DNA of 64,000 bases from Bilabrum cf. latius (Eukaryota). The position numbers and the translations under genes are program-made. The stretch spans positions 186,001 to 250,000 of the forward strand of contig OZ237765.1 of NCBI GenBank assembly GCA_965178125.1. The letters are read 5' to 3'. Shown one piece after another: positions 25,993 through 39,036 of this stretch; position 1 is the first letter of the stretch, and the number at the start of each line of letters is the position of its first letter. The notes under the pieces are model-generated. The model was not told the origin of the DNA, ran no database searches, and worked only from the letters and a program-made list of their open reading frames with translations.

Positions 25993-27618
25993 TCAGAGCA
26001 AGAATCGCCTAGGGATGCAGGCTGCAGCCATCGCCTGCACTTGGCTGTAAAGCACCGCCCCATACAGACCCGCGAGGGTCCGACGACCAAACACCACGTG
26101 CATGGGATGCGCCACAAATGAATCGGGCAGGCAGTGCCTCGGGTGAGCACGGCGCTGCGCATGCATGCCCATCGCTGAAGCAGCGACAAACACGGGCATG
26201 GAGGCACCACCGTGCGATGCACCCAGTTCCGGAAACTTCGAGAGAGCTGTGTGCGATGGCCCTCCCATCCATGGTCAGGCGAAGGCCGCTTTCGAGTCGG
26301 ATCCGGGCTAGGTGGTTGCAACCGCCCCCGTGTCCGTCTTGCTTCCGCCCTGCGCGTTTGCCACAAACCCTGCCGTGCCATGCGAATGCGAACCTTCCTT
26401 GGCCCCTGCGGTTCCTGCGTGCAGCGGGTTGGACGCCGAAATCTTGCCCTCGCCGTCGGAGTCATCCCCCTTGGCCCCGCCCTCGCCCTCCTCCTGGCCG
26501 GCCTTCCACTGCTTGTAGAAGTGACGGACCGCGAGGCCGACCAGCACCCCCCCGAGAATCATCGCAACGGTAGAGCTCCAGAACACGGCGGGCGTCTCGC
26601 CCATGATTTCGGGCTCCTCTGCGCTTTCCTCCTCGGCTGCTCCCTCGAACTCTGCCAGCTCGGCGCTAGGCAGGCGGCCGAGGGGCATCTCCTCTTCTTC
26701 CTCTTCTTCCTCTTCCTCCTCTGCTTCCTCTTCCTGCTCCTCCTCCTGCTGCTCGGCCTCTTCCTGCTCCGGTTCGGTCTCCTGCGAGGCATTCACGATG
26801 GGAGAGCACGATGCGGGCGGTGGCAAGCACACTCGATGAAAAGATCTGCAGACAAATCGCTGCGACTGCACGCATTCGCTCTCGAACCGAAATAGACCTA
26901 TGCTTGTTATGCTGGATCCAAGCTCGGTGCAACCATTTGCAACTAACTGCGTTCACGTCGTAGCGGTGGGTGCGCCAGTGCCCACCCTCAACCACGTAAT
27001 TTGGGTCCTCCGGTTCCTCCTCCTGCTCTTCTTCTTGCTCCTCTTCCTCTTCCTCTTCTTCTTCCTCCTCTTCCTCTTCCTCCGACTCCGCCTCCCCCTC
27101 CTCCTCAGATTCCGGAGCTTGTAGGGATCTGGACCCACGAGGGGCAGCGTCTTCGAGCATGGCCTGGAGCAGCCCTTGCTCCCCCGACTCAATCAGCGAG
27201 GCAACGCGAGCCTCAAATGAATCAGCTGCTTAAAAGAAACTTGGAGAAGCATATGGAGGCGGGAGCGCACGTATAACTAGCACCCGGGCCATATGTGCGG
27301 TGCAGTAGCTCAGTGGAAATCGAGAACGAGCCGGCAGACTACACCACCGAAACTCAATACGTCAGGCACGGACGAATACTGGCACGCCAAAAACTGTGAT
27401 ATAAACTTTAATTAATCAAAACATCTACCATCAACAATCAGAACTGCCAAGGGTAAGAGACCAACGCTTGAAACGTGCTTCCCTTCAGCACAGGCATGTG
27501 TTCCTGTCGTGCGTGCAGCTAAGCACTCACCCTCCTAGCCTCGCAGCTGGCCTGCGTGTGCGAAAAATAGGGATGATGCCGCTGCTGCCAAGCAAAGCAC
27601 CACTGTAACCCCCTTCAT
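25993..27618 (-). CDS. Acidic type I single-pass membrane protein of unknown function
   Basis: Exon 27618-27531 encodes signal peptide MKGVTVVLCLAAAASSLFFAHA then GQLRG*E, with a GTGAGT donor. Probable exons 27225-26957 and 26781-25993. Poly-E tracts and TM VFWSSTVAMILGGVLVGLAV. TAG at 27535 and 26308. Exon structure is tentative. Confidence 0.55.
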
Positions 27619-27717
27619 GGAGTATTCCGCTCAAGTTTACTTGGCTCTGGCGACATCACACCGCTGACCCAGCCGGGTTGCAACCGGCTGTTGGTCGCAA
27701 CGCGTCAGGCTCTGTCA

Positions 27718-29251
27718 TCAGGACCCGCCACAGCCGCACCCCCGAGCATCCTCCGATGGCGGCTCCACGAGCACGCCTGTGTTCCCCGTGGCCCACGCCA
27801 CGAACCTCGCCATCCTCGGCACGACCTCCCTGCCGGCCCTGGAGCCCTCCGTGTCGTGCCCCATCGACTCGGTGATGTGCCCCAGGCCGTCCACCTGAAT
27901 GACCCGGAGCCACCCGGGAGCAGGCGCGAAAGATGTGCGTGTTGAATCGTCCGTTGGGCGCTTGTGAGGCACAATGGCCCCGGCAGCTGATGATGCTGCT
28001 GCGTCTCCTCTGTCACTGCCTGCCCTGGCACCAGAGCCAGCCCCAGACCCGTCCATGCTTCCGTACTTCATGCCTGCGCCCGTATGTGCATCTACTCTAG
28101 CCTACACTGGTTCACCTTGGAGAGCCGCGGCGCCGGTTGCGGAACCTTGCTGCGCGGCGACCAGGCCATCCACATCCTCAGGCGCATCCGGACCGTCCGG
28201 AATGCGCGGCGCCGCCACCCCGGAACCTTCCGAGTGCATCATACCGGAACCTTGCTTGGCTTGAGCCCCATCCAGCCCCGCCAGAAATCGCGCGGCGCCA
28301 TGCCACCTGCGGAACCTGTACGCGTGCTCCTCCAAGCCGAGGTCCCATGGCGGCTCAGCGTGTGCGAGCAGCATGGGGGGCAGGGCAAGGGCCCGGGGAA
28401 CAGTGCCGCCGCCCCCGGGCACATCGTCAGGGTCCGCCTCGTGCACCGCACCGGCATCATCATCCCTCCAAGACGGCAGCTGCTCAACGGATACATCCAG
28501 GCAGCCGGGGCAGCAGTTCCACAGGCAGCATCCGCACAAGCACGCGCAGCATCGCCAACCACAACCCTGCCGCACAACTCCGCCGTGGGTGCGCGGCTGC
28601 AGGGGATCGAACCGAGGAACTCCGCAGCATGACCCGCGCTGGGCCACATCATGACCCTCCCCATCCCGGCCTCGTGCCAAGTGGCTGGCGGCGGCGGGAC
28701 CCGTCCGGTATTCGGAATCAAAAATACTATCGTGTGACGATTGCGCGCCTCTGCCACCGCTGGTGCCGCCGCCGCATCCGCATTCCGAGGAGCGCCCGCA
28801 CCACAGGTTCCGCTCCTGCTCGTCCGTGCTCTCATCGCACTCATCACACGCCATCAGGTAGGCGGGGCCTGCGGAACCCCCTGCCGGGATGCGCGGCGGC
28901 GCTCCTGCCGACAAGGCGCCGTGGCCCCGTTGTTCCCTCAGCCTGGCCCCCGGAGGCACCACGCGCCTCACGAACACGTGGGCTGCCCCAGGCATCCTCG
29001 CCAGCGAATGTTCCGAACGCACGGGTGGGCCTGATCCTGGCCCTGTACCTGCGCTTTCCTCTGTGCTATCATGCTGAGGGGACGAGTCCGACGATTGCGG
29101 GCTCCTCTGCGATCGAGGAAGCGCTACCACGACGTCACTGTGTGCGATCGCGACACCATTCGATGACGTGTTCTTCAGCTCTGCCGTCCTTCCGTTCGGC
29201 CGTGCCGGCGAACCACCGCCCTGCTACACGACGGGGGAGAGTGCTGCAGAC

Positions 29252-29321
<70 letters not shown>

Positions 29322-30432
29322 GCAATCCCGCAGCCGCCGACCCTCTGGCCCTGAGCTCGCCCGACACCCCGTCCCTAACGGAAGCAGGGCCGCTGTTTCC
29401 GTTGTTCCCTGGGTGCCGATGTCCCGTGCTCTCCTCGTCATCACTAACCCCGCTTCTGTTGTTCCCTGGCTTGCCCCCTCCCCCCTCCGGACTGTTCCCC
29501 AGCAGCCAGCCTTCCCTGCCGATGGCCTCCCCCACCCACCGCCGCAGCTGCCCCGCAGGAAACGACAGGTCCCACCGCGCGGGGTCGGGTCCGAACACCG
29601 TCCACATGAAGAGCTTGCGGCTCAAGACGGACGACCTGAGGGGCTCTCCCGTCAGCGGGCCACTCAGCGACAGAACCCCCCGGATTGTGCCCGCGGGTGA
29701 CGACGACGACGACGACGATGACGAGGCGGTTGCAACCTCTTCGCTAGTCACACGGCCGTCATGCCTCCCTGGGTGCCCCACTTTCCCCACGACGCGGACA
29801 CCCCTGGACTCTAGCGTCTCGGGCCATAGGCCCAGCGTGACGGCCATGTGGGCCCCTGCCGACTGCCCCGCCAGGACGATGGAGTGAGGGTCGCCGCCGT
29901 ACTCGCCCGCGTGAGCAGCTGCCCACGACACGGCATCCGCGGCGTCTAGCAGGTGCGTGGGCCAGCGCTGAGGCGGCGATCGCATGCATGCCTGCAGGGC
30001 GAGCAAGAGGGCCCAGATGCCCGCCAGCCAGGCGGGAGCCAGGGGCCAAGAGACCCAGTCGCGGGCCAGGGCGGCGGACGCGGGGGCGCCTTGAACTGCG
30101 GCGAGGAGGACAGCCCATACAATCAGTGCGATCAAAAACTGCATCGCGGCAAGATCTCTCCACCGGAGACTGGAGGTTCGGTACGATATGACGAAAGTGA
30201 GGATGCCACGTCGTGCTAAAGCACGGCCCGTTTCGACGTTTGTCTTGCTCCATCCGCGCCTGTCGAAGCGCTTCCAACCACCTCCATGCATCCACACAAC
30301 GATGGGAAACGGCAATTGGTTGCTATCAGTGCTTCGTTCGGGAATGTAGGCATCTAGCTGGTGTTTGTACTTGCCAGTGTTGCGATAGGGAAGGTCAAGA
30401 ACTTCATGGATTCCAAAGCCTCGTGGAGGCAT
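27718..30432 (-). CDS. Alpha/beta hydrolase (carboxylesterase/prenylcysteine methylesterase-like)
   Basis: VVWMHGGGW oxyanion motif and LAGQSAGAH nucleophile. The putative Asp (LLAHAEPPWDLGL) and His (VDGLGHI) lie in downstream ORF pieces joined only via TAG 29224 and 28102. Ends with tandem TGA TGA. Confidence 0.85.
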
Positions 30433-30640
30433 CTCAGGTAAAATTAATCAACACATGCTTGATTCGGATAGGTGAAAGTACGAGCAAGTACGCTGGTGCA
30501 TCACGCATGATGATGCATGAGCCGCATTACAGTGCAATGATATTACATTGTACAGAGCACTTTCACTTATATCGCATTTTAGTGCCACGCGGCGAGCAGG
30601 AAATTCGGCCGCTCATTCTTTCGCATCTTTCACCGCAAAC

Positions 30641-33364
30641 ATGGCCGGAGTTGCTGAAGCTGTCCCCGCACCTGCTGCCGGAGAGGCCGGAGAGGGAGCC
30701 GAGAAGTGGTCATTCGGCGCTGATATCAACCAGCTGCTGTCCCTGATCATCAACACGTGAGGAACCAGGCGTGTGGCGCCATTTGCCCAAACCCAAGCCT
30801 CACGAGCCATAGACTAGGTCCAACAATCCGCAAGATTTGACGTTTATCAATACTTTATTCTATTGCAGTGTCTACTCGAACAAGGAGGTCTTCCTTCGCG
30901 AGCTGATCTCGAACGCATCGGATGTGAGATGGTTGGATCGTCCCACGTTTCGTCCGAAAGTTGGCTGTTTGCGTCGCACAGCGAACGAGCAGTGCCCATG
31001 TCTGATCTTGTTTAAGTTTTATGGTGTAATTTTCCTCTCGTTGCTCGGCCAGCCGCTCAGCGGCAGGCCCACTTGCGGTTCGCCCACTGTGCACCCATGC
31101 CGCGTGGCAGTCCGTTCTTGGGCCGCTCATCCGCCTGGGTGGAAAGGCAGGGGGGCCCGGACTGCGATGCGCAGTGTATAATGCATCAAAGATCGCATTG
31201 ATGCCCCCGCTAGGCAAGCCGTGGACCACAGTGTTGTACAACTGCGTTGTCCAGCCGGGGAGTGTTGGCCTGTGGCGTGGTGATACGCCGCTGGTCGTCT
31301 CAGATGCTTCGCTCGCCTTGTTTGACTCGTTTCATCTTACAACACTCCAATGTACGTTGCCCGCAGGCCCTCGACAAGATCCGCTACCAGGCCATCAAGG
31401 ATTCCAAGGTCCTCGAGAGCGCCCCCGACCTCAAGATCGAGCTCATCCCCAACAAGGAGGACGGCACCCTGACCATCCGCGACACCGGGATCGGCATGAT
31501 CAAGGCCGACCTCAAGAAGCGCCTCGGAACCATCGCCAACTCTGGCACCAAGGCGTTCATGGAGGCCATCAAGGCCGGAGCCGACATCTCCATGATCGGC
31601 CAGTTCGGCGTGGGCTTCTACTCTGCCTTCCTCGTGGCCGACGAGGTGGTCGTGCACTCGAAGAACAACGACGACGACCAGTGGTGCTGGCGCTCCTCGG
31701 GCGGCGGCTCCTTCACCATCGAGCCCAGCGACTACCCCGACCTGGGCCGCGGGTCCGCCATCATCCTCAAGCTCAAGAAGGGCCAGACCGAGTACATGGA
31801 GGAGCGCCGCCTCAGGGACCTCGTGAAGAAGCACTCCGAGTTCATCCAGTTCCCCATCAACCTCCAGGTGACCAAGGAGGAGGAGAAGGAGATCGAGGAC
31901 GACGACGAGGAGGAGGACGACGAGGAGGACGATGACAAGCCCAAGGTGGAGGACGGCGAGGACAAGAAGGAGAAGAAGACCAAGAAGGTCAAGGAGGTCA
32001 CCAAGGAGTGGGACCAGGTCAACAAGACCAAGCCCCTGTGGACCCGCGCTCCCGAGGAGGTCACCACCGACGAGTACGCCGCCTTCTACAAGAGCATGGC
32101 CAACGATTACTCGGACCACCTGGCCGTCAAGCACTTCAAGCTCGAGGGGCAGCTGGACTTCACCGCGCTGCTCTTCGTGCCCAGGCAGGCCCCCTTCGAC
32201 ATGTTCGAGGGCGGCAAGAAGAAGAGGAACAACCTCAAGCTGTACGTGCGCAGGGTGTTCATCATGGACGACTGCGAGGAGCTCATGCCAGAGTACCTCA
32301 GCTTCGTCAGGGGCATCGTGGATTCCGAGGACCTTCCCCTCAACCTGTCCCGCGAGTCGCTGCAGCAGACCAAGGTGCTGTCCGTGATGAAGAAGCAGAT
32401 CGTCAAGAACTGCATCGCCCTCTTCAGGGAGCTCGCGGAGGACGAGGACAAGTACAAGACTTTCTACGAGCAGTTCGCCAAGAACCTCAAGCTGGGCATC
32501 CACGAGGACGCCGCCAACCGCTCCAAGCTGGCCGACCTCCTGAGGTACAAGTCCACCAAGTCCGGCGGCGAGTACACGTCCCTGTCCGACTACGTGGACC
32601 GGATGAAGGAGGGCCAGCCCGGCATCTACTACATCTCGGGTGAGAGCGAGGCCGCCGTGATGGACGCTCCCTTCTTGGAGCAGCTGAGGAAGAGGGACTA
32701 CGAGGTGCTGTTCATGACGGACCCCATCGACGAGTACGCCGTGCAGCAGCTGCGCGAGTACAAGAAGAGCAAGCTCATCTGCGTGACCAAGGAGGGCATG
32801 CAGCTGGACGAGACGGACGACGAGAAGAAGGCTTTCGAGGAGGCGAAGAAGGCCACCGAGGGCCTCTGCGCCGTCATCAAGGACACCCTCGGCGACAAGG
32901 TCGAGAAGGTGACCGTGTCCAACCGGCTGGACAAGTCCCCCTGCGTGCTGGTGACCGGCGAGTTCGGCTGGTCCGCCCGCATGGAGCAGATCATGAAGGC
33001 GCAGGCCCTGCGGGACCCCTCCATGTCGACCATGATGGGATCCAGGAAGAGCCTCGAGATCAACCCCATGCACCCCATCGTGCAGGCCCTGCGCGCCAAA
33101 GCGGACGAGGACAAGTCCGAGGCGTCGCTCAAGGACATCATCTTTTTGCTGTACGAGACCTCGCTGCTCACCTCTGGTTTCTCCCTGGACAAGCCCGCGA
33201 CCTTTGCCTCCCGCATCCACTCCCTCATCTCCCTGGGGCTGGAGATCGACGCCGAGGACGAGGACGAGGAGGAGGCTGCACCCGCAGCCAAGGCCGAGGG
33301 CGAGGCTGCCGCCGGCGGCGCCGACACCTCCGGCGCAGCCAGCTCCATGGAGGACATCGACTGA
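30641..33364 (+). CDS. HSP90: Cytosolic heat shock protein 90 (722 aa)
   Basis: Exons 30641-30756, 30869-30923, 31367-33364. Motifs [62 protein letters not shown] and C-terminal MEDID (MEEVD-like). No TAG; stop TGA. Confidence 0.98.
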
Positions 33365-33545
33365 AAAGTCTTTGAGGTTTGAAGCGGGCGTGAGCTCTCG
33401 CTCCTGATATCATCGGGATCGGCTGTCTTGATTGAGTGACAGGAAGATCTGTGTTTGACCGGTTTGTGCAGCCCAATAGACACTAAACAAAATCAGGTTT
33501 TCCGAGTGTGGCGGGATCCCGTCGCACGCGAGTATTCCCCGCGAA

Positions 33546-35561
33546 ATGCTGGCTATATTATCCTCAGTTCTCGCTATTGCTGGCTTAGCGAATGCAAGAG
33601 CACCGCTGAACCCCGCTGCACCTGTGTGGCCGTTGCCGGAGAGCATGGAGGTAGAAGCTGGTGCAAGACCCTTGGCTGCCAACTTTCAGATATCCACCGA
33701 TGCCAAGTCTACTAGGCTCAGCAAGGCGATCGCGCGGTACATGGCGATTATTGCACCGAATGCTGCTGGCTCAAAGTTGGACGCATCTGCGATCTCTGAG
33801 CTCAAACTGAGCGTTGCCGCCGCATCCGACGGCCTGCCAACGAGCGACACCTCTTATGCGTACAACCTAACGGTACATGCGTCGTCTTCGGTGGCTATCG
33901 TGGAGGCCGATACTATTTTTGGTGCAATGTACGGCATGGAGACGTTCAGCCAGCTGGCTTTGCCCGACGTTGGCAGGCTTACCGTGGAGTCAGCCACAAT
34001 CGAGGACAGGCCCGCGTACGTTCACCGCGGCTTCATGATCGACACGGGGCGCCGTTTCTGGCCAGTCTCCACGGTACAAAAGACGATCGACGCACTTTCG
34101 TACGTCAAGAGCAACGTGCTGCACTTCCACATGTCCGATTTCTGCCGATTCTCCGTGGAGAGCAAGCTGTACCCAAATCTGACAGACGCCCTGGTGGGCC
34201 AGCTCGCGGGACACTATTCCCAGGAAGACCTGCAGGGCCTTGTGCAGTACGCGGGAGACCGCGGGGTCCGCCTGATGCTGGAGATGGACATCCCCGGGCA
34301 CTCCAAGGGGTTTGACCCCATCATGGGGGAGTAGGAGATGCAGTTCTGCGACCCCGCCCCCAAGGGGTACGGCACCCAGCTGTATGACGACCCGCAGGGC
34401 CGCACCGTAAGCATCCTCCGCAACATCACCAAGGAGATGGCTGGCCTTGTTCCGGAGCAGCTCATGCACCTGGGATGCGACGAGACGAAGGTCACGGGCC
34501 CCTGCACCTTGGACAACACCGCACAACTGGAGAAGGACGTGTTCCGCCACGTCACCGCCGACCTCGGGCGCACCCCCGTGGCGTGGGAGGAGGCTCTCTT
34601 CGAGACGAACTCGGCTCCTCCGAACGCAGTCATCAACGCGTGGTCCCGTCACACGGCGGCCGAGGTCATCGCCAGGGGCCACCGGGCCATCGAGTCGCAC
34701 TCGGGGTGGTTCTACCTCAACCACGCGACCATCCCATGGACCTCCCTCTGGCGGGACATTGCTACCGGAGTGGCACCAGAGAACATCACCATGCTGCTGG
34801 GAGGCGAGACCTCCATGTGGACTGACGATTTCTGCTACATCGAGCAGTGCGGTGCCTTTGGGCCCGGCCACAGCCCTCCCCCCGGATCCCCCCTGTTCGG
34901 GCCCGAGCAGGACGCTGCCTTCGAGGAGGTGGTGCTGAGCATTGTGTTCCCCAGGGCACTCATCGGTGCGGGGGCCTTTTACGGCTACGATCCATCCGTC
35001 AACATCTCTTCCCCCGAGTTCGACATCGTCTTCCGGTCGGCCCAGGAGAGGCAGGCGGCGAGGGGGGTGCCCACCTGCCCCCCGGGCTGCACGTGCGACT
35101 ACGAGCAGGTCTGCGGGCACTACCTCATCCCCTGCGACACGCCCGCCCCGGGGACGAACGTGAAGCTGTTCACCTGCGCCGCCCAGGACGACACCCGGTC
35201 CGAGGCACAGGACTTCGTGCTGGACTCCGCCGGCAACCGGATCCGCCCGGCCTCCAACAGCTCGCTTTGCTTCGGCCTTGACGGAAAGGACCCGAGCAGC
35301 GGACAGCCTAACGTTGCTCTGGTGGCGTGCGACCCCAGCGACGACTCGCAGGCGTTCAAGTTCGACAGCAGCAGCGGGAATCTTGTGCACGTCCAGGACG
35401 GCAAGTGCGTGGACCTCACGGGAGGCGGCTCGACCCCTGGGACGAACGCCGAGATTTACCAGTGCGGCGACAAGCAAGACAACCAGGTATTCTCTGTGGA
35501 TCCCAAGACTGGTCACATCTCGAACAGGGGTATGTGCCTGGACACGTGCGTGTACGCGTGA
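33546..35561 (+). CDS. Secreted beta-N-acetylhexosaminidase (GH20) with C-terminal ricin B-type lectin domain
   Basis: Signal peptide, HRGFMIDTGRRF, NVLHFHMSD, EMDIPGHS, then TAG 34332-34334, then the catalytic HLGCDE and LLGGETSMW. Ricin-like QxF repeats (QDF, QAF, NQVF). Stop TGA. Confidence 0.95.
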
Positions 35562-36167
35562 GGACCGATGGATGAGCAAAGCTTCAGTAAGAGAAAGACG
35601 AGCAAACGCTCGGGAGGGAGCGCGTAGGGACCTATCCGGCCCATGCTAGCAATTACTAGCGTAATTTCCATTGATCTGCGGCATTGGTGCGGTTTGCACA
35701 TGATGAAATTTGCTTGTTTTTGGTCCATGATGTCCATTCGGTTGATAGAGTTCTGGATGGCCCAGGCGTGCCGACTCGGCAATAGAACGCCGTATCACCA
35801 TAGGAAATGTTGTTAAACATGATGTCCGGATATGCTGGCATACTGGCGATTTTGATTGTCTCGTCATGGAATTGGATCAGAAATTGGATGCCCGCTACCT
35901 AAACTCCACCTCTGCATGCAGCGTCTGGGGCAGCCGCAACGCTCGACTGTACCGAAGATTAAGCGGGAAAGCGTCAGTTTAAGCATCACTGGCGAGCAAT
36001 GAAACCCACCACGCGGACACCAAGCACGTGCCTGCTACCCTAGAGTCCGACGGGAATGACGACGACAGCCTCTGGAGCAACACTGAATCGTGCATTGAGA
36101 GTGCCACGACAGAGTGACCACCCGACTCGCTTTACACATATTTACGTCACAAAGTCAGAATCGTACC

Positions 36168-37739
36168 ATGGCAAACCAGATCCCAGTGGCACCCGTGAAG
36201 CAGGACAAGAGCTCCTTGGCAGATCTAGCAGGATTGGGAATAGATGTGGATCGCATCAAGGAGGAGACTCTTGGCAAGTCGAACCCGCTAGCGGGTGCGT
36301 ATAGAGAGCAGTTGTTGGCTGGAAGGGTGAAGTGGAGGGGTGGTACAATCTGGACGGCTCTTTGGCACTATATCAGAACCAACCACTAGCTTTTGTCCGT
36401 TTGTTTCGGGCATAGGGAGCACCCACTTGGACGCGGCGAACGATTTTTCGTTCTCCTTGTGGATATCATGTTTCGTATTTTCTCTTCATGGATCTCGGCC
36501 ATTGTAACAAATCGATGCGAAGATGAGGAATTCGCAGACGACGAGGCGGAAGACGACGCGAGCACGAATCTTTTCATCGCCGCGCTGCTCGTGTCCGTGA
36601 TGACATCGATATTTGGCTTCATCATGAATTATTCTGCGACTGCCGACGACCGATGCTGCGGCAGCCAGCAGGGCGGGCTCCTCAAGAACTGCTGCACATA
36701 CACCGGCCGACTTGTTATGTGTATGGTGGGCTGCCTGGCATGGATACTCGGCATACTTGGGGGCGTTTCACTCAGTGAATGCCCGCAGTACGACGCGGCC
36801 GAAGGCGTGCAGGTGTTCTTCTACTCTGTGCTGCAGGGCTGGTCCGTCACGTTCATCGGGTTGGGCGTGCTCATGTTCAGCTACCAGTACTACTGCGCTG
36901 ATCCCGGGGCCGACGCGAAGCACGCTGACAAGCCGGAAGGCGATGGGAACTTGTTCTACCAGCACATGAACTGGCAGGAACTCGAGGCGTGGCGAGAGGA
37001 CGAGAAGGTCGTGGACGAGCCGTGCCAGCGAATCATGGCCCAGATGGCGCGCGCAGCAGCAGAAACAGCAGCTGCCGCTGGACAGAGCCGAGCGGCGGCC
37101 GTGTAGGGAGCCATGAGCGGAATCAAAGAAATGTTCGGATTCGGCGGTGGGACGGGAGGCCAGGGCCAGGGTGGGACGGGAGGCCAGGGTACATCGACCG
37201 TGCCGCAGGCCCAGCCAGCCAGCGGGGGTGCCGGGGCACCGGTTGCAACCGCCAACCCCGCTATCAGCCCATCCTCCTCCGCCGCCGCAGTGGCGGCAGG
37301 ATACCCCGGCGCCCAGCCCATGCCGCCGCAGCACCAACAACAACACCAACCACAGTCCCAGCAGCAGCAGCAGCAGTCGTAGTCTCTGGTGACAGGAGCA
37401 CAGGGCTAGGGAAATGCGTCCCCACCTGGGGGCTACCCCGGAGCACCCCCCGCAGGGTACCCCGGAGCGCCAGGGGGTGGTGCACCAGTGGCTGGTGCCC
37501 AGGGGCAGGGGCATGGGCAGCCCCAGGTAGCCCCAGCACCAGCCCCAGCCCCAGCACCAGCTGCTGCTTCCACCGGTGGCGGGCTGGGAGCCATGTTCGG
37601 AAACGCGATACAGGATGCGCAGAGCGCGGTTGCGGGCCTTGGTCTATTCGGGACACAAGGGCAGCAGCAAGCAGGGCAGCAGAGCGGCGGGGCAGGGGCC
37701 CCGGGGGCAGCTGGAGGCAGCACTGCAGCTGGATTCTGA
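36168..37739 (+). CDS. Multipass membrane protein with Gly/Pro/Gln-rich tail, unknown function
   Basis: ATG 36168 and one frame through TAG 36387, 37104, 37380, 37407 to TGA 37739. About 4 hydrophobic segments following NH*LLSVCFGHREHPLGRGERFFV. Confidence 0.75.
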
Positions 37740-37899
37740 ATTTCTGATTGTGATGTATGGTCGACGGCGGCATGGTTGCCGAGTGTGCCTTGGCCGAGTG
37801 GGTCGCAACAGGCAGGAGACCACCGAAGAGGATCATGTCAGCTGTTCCGTGGTAGTACAATGTTCCGGGCGGTCTGGTATTTGTGTAATCAACTCAAAA

Positions 37900-39036
37900 G
37901 CGCGCGCTGCCAGAGTGGTTGCACATGTGTCTTTACCCTACAAAATGTTCTGGTCTTCTGGTATTCTTGTGGAACGAAAGCCCGGCCTCTACTGGGCTTC
38001 ATGCTTCAGCTGCAATGGCCTAAGCCACCTGAACTCCACCCTGAAGACCCATTTCCCCTCAGCATTCACGTTCCCTCCGGCGCCCGATGCCGGCACCCCG
38101 TCCTGCTGCCCATTCTGGCCCAACCCTGCCTTGATGTTGGCAACTGCCACGGCGAGGTTGTTGTTTCCGGTTGCCCCTGCAGCCAGGCTGACAAAGTCCT
38201 CCCGGACCGCCCTGACGAGAGCCCATTTGGCCTAGGCTGCAGCCCTCTTCGATCCCTCCGACACAAAACCGAGGATCCTTGAGTGGTCCTGCGTGACCCG
38301 TGAGTACATTGTGCGGTACGCACGATATTTACCGCTCACGTGCCGGTGCTTGGCGGCGAGAGGTGAGCCTTAGCAACAGAAGACCAAGAGGGGCGCGCAT
38401 TGACCGGACGAGTCGAAATCCGCCGCCCCTTGTCCTCCTACCGCTTCTTCCGCAACTTGTCGAGCATCCATCATGATCTACAGGAACTCGACCGACTTCT
38501 CCCCGATCTCATCCCCCAACACGTCCACCACAAAGGGTACGACCCGCACGCCACTGCGCACCGCCCCTTTCTGTGTCTTCACAGTCCCTGGACACCACTT
38601 GTCTTCTCCTCCGATCCGGACGCCTAGAGCTCCGAGGTCGACGGGCCTGCCGTAGAGTCTAGCTGGCCAGCTTCGTGGCATGCGCGGCCCGCAAAGCAGA
38701 CCCCTCTTGCCAGTCGCTGCCAATCCTCCACGACGAGCGGTCCCACTGGTAAGTTGCCGCAGTGGAATCAACCACCGTGAAGTCGATGAGAATTGCCGTA
38801 CCTTCGTGCTCAAAGAACAGGTCGCCTCGTGGCACGAGCGGACCGCGCCGACCCGGCAGGCGGACTACTTGGCCCTCTGGCTCCCGGATTGGGCGTCTGC
38901 CCGTGGCCTCGCGGACCACCTGCTCGAGCACGTTGAGCACTCGGAAGTGCCTGGCCTGCAAGTAGACACGCGTGTCTTGCACGTGGCACCGTGGCGAACT
39001 GCCAGTTTGAAACGTACCGAAGTATCTCGAAACCAA
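37900..39036 (-). mobile_element. Decayed non-LTR retrotransposon fragment, restriction-like endonuclease (RLE) domain
   Basis: ARHFRVLNVL…REP…GDLFF…LIDFTVVD…AAHATKL…Y…VVPFVVDVLG…FL matches the RH/REP/PD-D/K..KY/PF pattern of RLE-type LINE C-termini. A 7-bp insertion at 38656 causes a frameshift. No reverse transcriptase is visible and the boundaries are approximate. Confidence 0.65.

Noticed and set aside
31337-33220. 627-aa antisense ORF opposite HSP90
   Set aside because: Expected shadow of extreme GC3 codon bias, with no domain features.
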